Virus record (IMG/VR): IMGVR_UViG_3300027581_000027
Coordinates: 1 to 31,549 of that record
Source: a virus
Taxonomy: Duplodnaviria; Caudoviricetes
Strand: one strand, 5' to 3'
Length of the DNA stretch: 31,549 bases
Positions 26,087 to 31,549 of the stretch are shown in pieces. The first letter of the stretch is position 1. Every line of letters starts with the position of its first letter. Below the pieces are notes generated by a model that was not told where the DNA came from, did no database searches, and worked only from the letters and a program-made list of their open reading frames with translations. The translations under genes were made by a program, and so were the position numbers.

Positions 26087-27458
26087 TCTTAAACCAACTG
26101 AGGCTATGGCTGCCGAGGCAAAGCTCGGTCTGGAGTGGCGTGCAGAATTTAATCGCGGCGGCACTGAGGTCGGCGTAGCACGCGCCAGGGACATCAGCAA
26201 CCGGAAGAACCTATCGCCTGACACCATCGGGCGCATGATCAGCTACTTTGCACGGCACGAGATCGACAAACAAGGTCAGGGATTCTCACCCGGCGAGGAC
26301 GGTTATCCGTCTGCCGGTCGGATCGCGTGGGCATTGTGGGGCGGCGATCCCGGCGTATCTTGGGCAAAATCAAAATACAGACAAATCACTAAAGAACCAG
26401 ACAGCATGAACACTATCATTCAAATCGAAAACAAAGGCGGAAAAGTGAAGCTCAACGAAGCTGTTACCGGAGACAGCATCAAGCGCATGATTGACGAGAT
26501 CGGGCGACTGTTCGGCGCGAAAGCATCGGCAGAAGGCGCAAATTTCGGTGAGATCATGAACTCAGCGGAAAATGCCGTTGATGTTCTCGACATCGAAATC
26601 AATTCCCCCGGCGGCAGCGTCTTTGACGGTTACACAATTTATCAAGAAATCAAATCCCTTCGTGATCGTGGAGTGACTGTTAATGTTACCATCACCGGCA
26701 TGGCTGCGTCAATGGCATCGGTGATTGCAATGGCTGCTGATAAAATCTCTATGGTCAAACACGGTCGCATGATGATCCATGATGCATCCAGCGGAGCAGT
26801 CGGAAATGCAGAATCACTTCGCAAGACCGCTGATCTTTTGGAAGCGATCAGTGAGGACATCGCCGTAATTTACAGTGACCGCACCGGAATGGATAAGGAA
26901 GAAGTTCGCGAAATGATGATGCGGGAAACATGGATGAACGCACGCGAGGCCCTAGCCAACGGCTTTGTAGATGAGGTGCTGGGTCAGCAAGTTGACATTC
27001 GCCAAGCATCGGCGGAATCTTCGCATATGAGCTTTCTTAATCGCCTCACAAATCCATCTTCCGCAGAGTCCATCGAGCGCATCGCCGCACTTGAAGCAGA
27101 CATTACCGCGCAGGCCGCAGAATTTCAATCCCGGCTCGACACCGCTGAGCTAGCACTTCAAGAAGCTGCCGAGATCACTGCCCAGAACATCGAGCTTCGT
27201 ATCAAAGCCGAGTTGGTTCCAGTTTTGGAAGCCAAGATCACTGAGCTTGAAGCAGCGAGCGCAATCAATGCTGAGAAGATTGACACCGCAGCCGCGCAAA
27301 AGCTGGCAGCAATGGGACACGGCGAGCCGCTGGATCTAGGCACCAACGCAATCCAACCTAAAAATCATCTTGAAACCTTCCAATCACTTACAGGCAAAGA
27401 GCGCAGCGAATACTACGCCGCGCACTCTGCTGAAATCCGTTTACAACTCTCCAAATAA
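26076..27458 (+). CDS. Head maturation protease (ClpP-type) with extra N-terminal domain and C-terminal scaffold
   Basis: INSPGGSVFDG, GMAASMAS, MMIHDAS, ETWMNAREALANGFVDEV. Confidence 0.85.
   Translation: MAIDLKPTEAMAAEAKLGLEWRAEFNRGGTEVGVARARDISNRKNLSPDTIGRMISYFARHEIDKQGQGFSPGEDGYPSAGRIAWALWGGDPGVSWAKSKYRQITKEPDSMNTIIQIENKGGKVKLNEAVTGDSIKRMIDEIGRLFGAKASAEGANFGEIMNSAENAVDVLDIEINSPGGSVFDGYTIYQEIKSLRDRGVTVNVTITGMAASMASVIAMAADKISMVKHGRMMIHDASSGAVGNAESLRKTADLLEAISEDIAVIYSDRTGMDKEEVREMMMRETWMNAREALANGFVDEVLGQQVDIRQASAESSHMSFLNRLTNPSSAESIERIAALEADITAQAAEFQSRLDTAELALQEAAEITAQNIELRIKAELVPVLEAKITELEAASAINAEKIDTAAAQKLAAMGHGEPLDLGTNAIQPKNHLETFQSLTGKERSEYYAAHSAEIRLQLSK
26992..27026 (+). promoter_or_regulatory. 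Putative late leaderless promoter, copy 4 (intragenic)
   Basis: TTGACA(26992-97)-TTCGCCA..17 bp-GAATCT(27015-20)-6 bp-ATG 27027. Confidence 0.65.
27027..27458 (+). CDS. Nested in-frame scaffolding protein (Nu3 analogue)
   Basis: In-frame ATG behind the promoter motif; Ala/Glu coiled coil, ERSEYYAAH tail. Confidence 0.7.
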   Translation: MSFLNRLTNPSSAESIERIAALEADITAQAAEFQSRLDTAELALQEAAEITAQNIELRIKAELVPVLEAKITELEAASAINAEKIDTAAAQKLAAMGHGEPLDLGTNAIQPKNHLETFQSLTGKERSEYYAAHSAEIRLQLSK

Positions 27459-27467
27459 CTAAATCAA

Positions 27468-28361
27468 ATGGCTACCATTTCATTCAACGATACAATCTTT
27501 GCCGAAGAAGCCCTAAAAGCCTTCACTGCAAAGCTCGCCCCGCTTCGTGCATTCTCGAAATCACTCGATAATCTTACTGCCCGCAAAGGTGATGCGATTC
27601 TTGTGCCTTTCATCTCTGCACTTACGGCTACCACTTTCAATGCCTCAACTGCCAACTACCAAACCAGTGGCGGCGCAGTTACGCATAACACGGTTAACCT
27701 GAATCAGCACAACATTGTCAGCTTCGACATTACTGACCTGCAAAATGCCAACAGCTCTGCTGCTCGTTTCGACGAGATCGCAGCTCAAGCCGGTCGTGCA
27801 TTGGGTCAGAAGGTTTTGGAAAACGTATGGAAGCTGATCACCACCACCAACTTCGGTGCTGCATCGGTTACGACTTCCGAAGCCAACTACGGACTTGAAG
27901 AACTAATTTCACTTCGTGCTGTTCTTGCTGGTCGCAACGTAGATGTTGATCCGGGTGTTTGCTCTTTCATCCACAACACCGTTGTCGGTGCTGCACTTCT
28001 TGGAAACACCAACGTGCTTCAAGCCTACGCAATCGGCGACAACAATGCAGCACGTCAAGGCACGCTCGGCCAGCTTGTCGGTTTCGGAACCTATGAAACC
28101 AACATCCTGCCGACCGCTTCCACTTCGCTGGTTGCATTCGTAGCTCACCCAGATGCAATCATGGTTGCAATGCGCTATCTTGAGCCGCTCGTAACTGGCG
28201 AGTATTTCGCTGCCGAGCGTGTCACTAACGATTCCGGCATGGTGATGGGCTATCGCCGCAGCTACGATCAGGCATCCGGCATCATGTATGGTGCTTTCGA
28301 GTGCCTTTACGGAACCGCTACCGGCCTGACCCTCGGTCTTGCATTCGGCACCAAACCATAA
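27468..28361 (+). CDS. Major capsid protein
   Basis: 297 aa after scaffold; KGDAILVP, LVGFGTYETN, HPDAI, CLYG motifs; followed by a terminator. Confidence 0.85.
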   Translation: MATISFNDTIFAEEALKAFTAKLAPLRAFSKSLDNLTARKGDAILVPFISALTATTFNASTANYQTSGGAVTHNTVNLNQHNIVSFDITDLQNANSSAARFDEIAAQAGRALGQKVLENVWKLITTTNFGAASVTTSEANYGLEELISLRAVLAGRNVDVDPGVCSFIHNTVVGAALLGNTNVLQAYAIGDNNAARQGTLGQLVGFGTYETNILPTASTSLVAFVAHPDAIMVAMRYLEPLVTGEYFAAERVTNDSGMVMGYRRSYDQASGIMYGAFECLYGTATGLTLGLAFGTKP

Positions 28362-28380
28362 TCTCAGCAGGTTGTGTCTC

Positions 28381-28414
28381 AGCCGTCAGCCTCGAAAGGG
28401 GCTGGCGGTTTTTT
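28381..28414 (+). terminator. Rho-independent terminator
   Basis: AGCCGTCAGCCTC-GAAA-GGGGCTGGCGGTT then T-run. Confidence 0.85.
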
Positions 28415-28429
28415 GGTGGGAAAAAGGTC

Positions 28430-28464
28430 TTTACAGGTGGGTGGGCATTGCCTAGGTTCACAGC
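28430..28464 (+). promoter_or_regulatory. Putative sigma70-type leaderless promoter
   Basis: TTTACA(28430-35)-17 bp-TAGGTT(28453-58)-6 bp-ATG 28465. Confidence 0.6.
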
Positions 28465-29175
28465 ATGTCGAGGCCGAAAGCATTCAACACATGGACACCC
28501 GAGCAGCAGGAGGCTTGGAGGGAAAAGAATCGGGAATATTTCCGTAAGTATTACGAAGCCAACTGTGAGAAGGTCACGGAGCATAACCGCAAGTGGGCAG
28601 CGGCTAACCCTGAGAAGCGCGCGGAGAGAAATCGCAAGCGCGCGGAGAGAAATCGCAAGTATCGCGCGGCAAAACGTGAGAAGATTGCGGAGATGCAACG
28701 CAAATATCAAGCAGCCAACCCTGAGAAGATTGCGGAGTATCGCCGCAAGTATCGCGCAGCCAACCCTGAGAAGTTTGCGGAGTATCGCCGCAAGTATGAA
28801 GCAGCCAACGGTAATAAGATCGCGGAGAGACAACGCAAGCGTTACGAAGCCAACGATGAGAAGATTAAGGAGACAAAACGCAAGCGTTACGAAGCCAACC
28901 CTGAAAAGTTTGCGGAGATGCAACGCAAGTATCGCGCAGCCAACCCTGAGAAGATTGCGGAGTATCGCCGCAAGTATGAAGAAGCCAACCGTGATAAAAT
29001 TTTAGAGCAAAACCGCAAGTATTACGAAGCCAACGCTGAGAAGATTGCGGAGAAAGCCCGCAAGTATTACGAAACCGCCCGCCAGCAGGCCGCCGCAGAC
29101 CAGTTCTTCGTGATGGCCGGAGCCGCACAACAGATTTCCAAAGCAATAGGAAAACCAAAACAGAAAACAACATGA
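28465..29175 (+). CDS. Basic tandem-repeat protein (KIAEYRRKYRAANPE units)
   Basis: About a dozen ~15-aa (45-bp) units. Confidence 0.75.
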   Translation: MSRPKAFNTWTPEQQEAWREKNREYFRKYYEANCEKVTEHNRKWAAANPEKRAERNRKRAERNRKYRAAKREKIAEMQRKYQAANPEKIAEYRRKYRAANPEKFAEYRRKYEAANGNKIAERQRKRYEANDEKIKETKRKRYEANPEKFAEMQRKYRAANPEKIAEYRRKYEEANRDKILEQNRKYYEANAEKIAEKARKYYETARQQAAADQFFVMAGAAQQISKAIGKPKQKTT

Positions 29176-29747
29176 CAACAACACTGATAAACCAACAGGC
29201 ACAAATCGACGCATTCATCACTCACTTCCGCCGTGGCGTGGAGGAGTGGATCACCGCAGGGGAAATCCTCGTCCAGATGGTCGAGCAAGACCCCTACGTT
29301 TACGACTACATCATCCAGCAATGCCCGCAGATCAACGCTGGCATCCTCGGACGGTTCGAGCAGATGGGGCGCAAGACGCTACACCCGCAGCTCCTGCTGA
29401 CTGCCTCGCCGGGCTTCGCCAAGCTCCAGAAACTGCCCTTCTCTCTGCAAGAGCGATACATCGAGGAGCCGGTGCCGGTGATCGTCCACACTGCTGACGG
29501 CACGGACGTTCTGCTGGTCAAGGCCAAGGACATGACCAAGGAGCAGGCCGCGCAGGTCTTTGCACCTGGACGTATCCGCACCGAGGGCGAGCAGAAAGCG
29601 TTCCTTGTGCAGCAGGCATCCCACCGCGCCAGCGACAAGAAGGAAGCCGTGGACAGGCCGTGGAAGATTCGCGGACACCGAGCAATCATCAACGGCGTGG
29701 AGTTCACCCGCAAGGAGCTTTACGCAATCCTGAGCCAGATGGAATGA
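29172..29747 (+). CDS. Hypothetical protein
   Basis: 191 aa, ATGA-coupled to the repeat gene. Confidence 0.65.
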   Translation: MTTTLINQQAQIDAFITHFRRGVEEWITAGEILVQMVEQDPYVYDYIIQQCPQINAGILGRFEQMGRKTLHPQLLLTASPGFAKLQKLPFSLQERYIEEPVPVIVHTADGTDVLLVKAKDMTKEQAAQVFAPGRIRTEGEQKAFLVQQASHRASDKKEAVDRPWKIRGHRAIINGVEFTRKELYAILSQME

Positions 29748-29796
29748 TTCCCCTTGCAAGCTCCCCCCCGCTTGCATTACATCGCCCCAAGAAATT

Positions 29797-31446
29797 ATGA
29801 AAAAGAAATTGAGCTTGTGCGTCATCACCGGCAACGCCGAGAACTACATAACCCGCTTCCTCGATCATTTCGAGCCAGTAGCTGACGAGATCATCGTGGT
29901 GCGAGCGTGCGGCAACCAAGAGCCAGACGGCACGCTGGACATCGCCAAAGCTCGCGGCTGCGTCATTGGCGAGTATTTCAACACCCACGACTGGCCGCAC
30001 GTCGATGACTTCGGTGCAGCCCGCAACGCAGCCCTCGACCTTGCGACCGGCGACTGGCTGATGTGGGCGGACACCGACGATGTGATCACGCAGGATTCCA
30101 TTTCACAGATCCGCCGGTTACTTGATGACATCGACGTGAAGGATGTTGACGGGGTGCTTATGCGCTACGTTGTGCCAGAAGATAACATAATCAACTGGCG
30201 GGAGCGGATCTGGCGCAAAGGATCAGCAAGGTGGGAGAATCCGGTGCATGAATGCCTCAAATTTAATGATGGAACGAAACACATGCAATTCGATGGCGCC
30301 GAGATTGTCCATGCCAGCGAAAAACGCAGCGCATCTAGGGATGAGCGCAACCTCCGCATTCTCGAATCCATACCTAAAGAGGAGCGAACAATCAGCCAAC
30401 GATTCCACACGTTCCAATCTCTGATTGCGCTGGATCGTAATGCCGAAGCCATTACCGAAGCCTTGGAATTTGTGCAAACAGATGGAGTCGGCAAAAACGA
30501 GCTTTATGAGGCGTATTTTCAATTAGCTAGGCTAACTGGTGACGAAGCCGTAAAAATGCAGATGCTCACGCAAGCACTCGTGACCGATCCGAGCCGCCGC
30601 GAAGCATACGGCGAGCTGGGGCTTGCTAATACTATTTGTGACCCGTTAGCAGCACTAGGCTGGACTGAGGCCATGCTGGGGCTTTCTATGCCTCACAATC
30701 CGCCTTGGAACCTTCGTCGGCCATATTACGGCGCACTGGGTATCGGGCTGCGAGGAATGGCTCTCAGGGTCAACGAAAGGCGTGCAGAGGCAGATGCGCT
30801 AGAAACTAACCACTTCATTCGTGCGGGAGCTAAAATCAGCCTCCTGCACGCAACCAGAGGCCGACCAGCGCAAGCGTGGCGTTGTCGAATGAACTGGCTC
30901 CGCAGCGCAGCCAATCCTGACGCGGTGGAGCATATCTTTGCCATAGACGAGGATGATTACGCCAGCTTCGCCCTGGCAAACGCTCGCTGCGTAATCAATC
31001 CCGGTGCCGGCCCAGTGGCAGCCTGGAACGAGGCGGCAAAGTTTTCCAAGGGCGAGATCCTCATCCAACTCAGTGACGACTGGCAGCCGCCGATGCACTG
31101 GGACAAACTCATACTGGCTGCGATTGGCGACACGTCGAAGCCTGCGGTGCTTGCAGTCAGCGATGGCCATCGCGAGGACAACCTGCTCTGCATGGCGATC
31201 CTGACCCGCGCCCGCTATAAGGCGCAGGGATACCTCTTCGAACCTGCGTTTTTCAGCATGTTCAGCGACAATCACTTTACCGACCGCGCCTACGCAGACG
31301 GCGTGGTGATCGAGGCGAAGGAGATCGTGATCGAACACCTTCACCCTGCGTTCGGAAAAGCCGAGATGGATGAGACATACGCCCGCAGCAACGCGCCGGC
31401 TAACTACGAGGCAGGGCTGGCGACCTACGAAAAACTCAAGCCATGA
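29797..31446 (+). CDS. Glycosyltransferase: GT2 + TPR + second GT-A domain
   Basis: LSLCVITGN, DFGAARNAAL..WADTDD, PVHE; DPSRREAY TPR; SLLHATRGRP..IQLSDDW. Confidence 0.85.
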   Translation: MKKKLSLCVITGNAENYITRFLDHFEPVADEIIVVRACGNQEPDGTLDIAKARGCVIGEYFNTHDWPHVDDFGAARNAALDLATGDWLMWADTDDVITQDSISQIRRLLDDIDVKDVDGVLMRYVVPEDNIINWRERIWRKGSARWENPVHECLKFNDGTKHMQFDGAEIVHASEKRSASRDERNLRILESIPKEERTISQRFHTFQSLIALDRNAEAITEALEFVQTDGVGKNELYEAYFQLARLTGDEAVKMQMLTQALVTDPSRREAYGELGLANTICDPLAALGWTEAMLGLSMPHNPPWNLRRPYYGALGIGLRGMALRVNERRAEADALETNHFIRAGAKISLLHATRGRPAQAWRCRMNWLRSAANPDAVEHIFAIDEDDYASFALANARCVINPGAGPVAAWNEAAKFSKGEILIQLSDDWQPPMHWDKLILAAIGDTSKPAVLAVSDGHREDNLLCMAILTRARYKAQGYLFEPAFFSMFSDNHFTDRAYADGVVIEAKEIVIEHLHPAFGKAEMDETYARSNAPANYEAGLATYEKLKP

Positions 31447-31549
31447 GTCACAAAGGCGACTGGCACCGGCTGGGCGATGCACCGGCATACCGCAACAACT
31501 ACGACGCAATTTTTAGAAAAAACAAAAGCAATGATCCTATCCATACTGA
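31443..31549 (+). CDS. Tiny phage protein (YRNNYDAIF), runs off the window end
   Basis: ATGA overlap; MSHKGDWHR..AYRNNYDAIFRK. Confidence 0.4.
   Translation, partial: MSHKGDWHRLGDAPAYRNNYDAIFRKNKSNDPIHT

Noticed and set aside
28500-29070. CRISPR array
   Set aside because: Units are contiguous in-frame coding repeats without unique spacers
29754-29796. Promoter for the glycosyltransferase (TTGCAA...TTACAT)
   Set aside because: -10 box ambiguous and matches neither repeated promoter class
1-31549. Alternative genetic code or stop-codon reassignment
   Set aside because: Standard code gives dense, full-length genes ending in TAA, TGA and TAG

Overview
Most of a lambda-like siphophage genome, with nearly all genes on the + strand. 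Order: tail module (1-8636); lysis genes with M15 endolysin, zincin and metallophosphoesterase (8639-11020); early/accessory genes (11.1-16.9 kb); replication (VRR-NUC, SNF2 helicase, VirE-N/primase-helicase; 16.9-21.0 kb); a lambda-like cos candidate (~21.45 kb); packaging and head genes (terminases, portal, ClpP protease with nested scaffold, capsid); then a repeat-protein moron and glycosyltransferases. I see no integrase, DNA polymerase, tRNA or CRISPR. The standout is 14906-16866: an array of integron-like gene cassettes delimited by attC-like sites, with no integrase in the window. The sites are inverted relative to the genes, several start codons sit in attC loops, and the left junction is a G|AT secondary-site-like crossover. 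Also notable: four near-identical putative leaderless late promoters (one inside the protease gene), a -1 frameshifted tail chaperone and three tRNA T-arm-like hairpins. Product calls come from motif recognition and synteny only; no searches were run.
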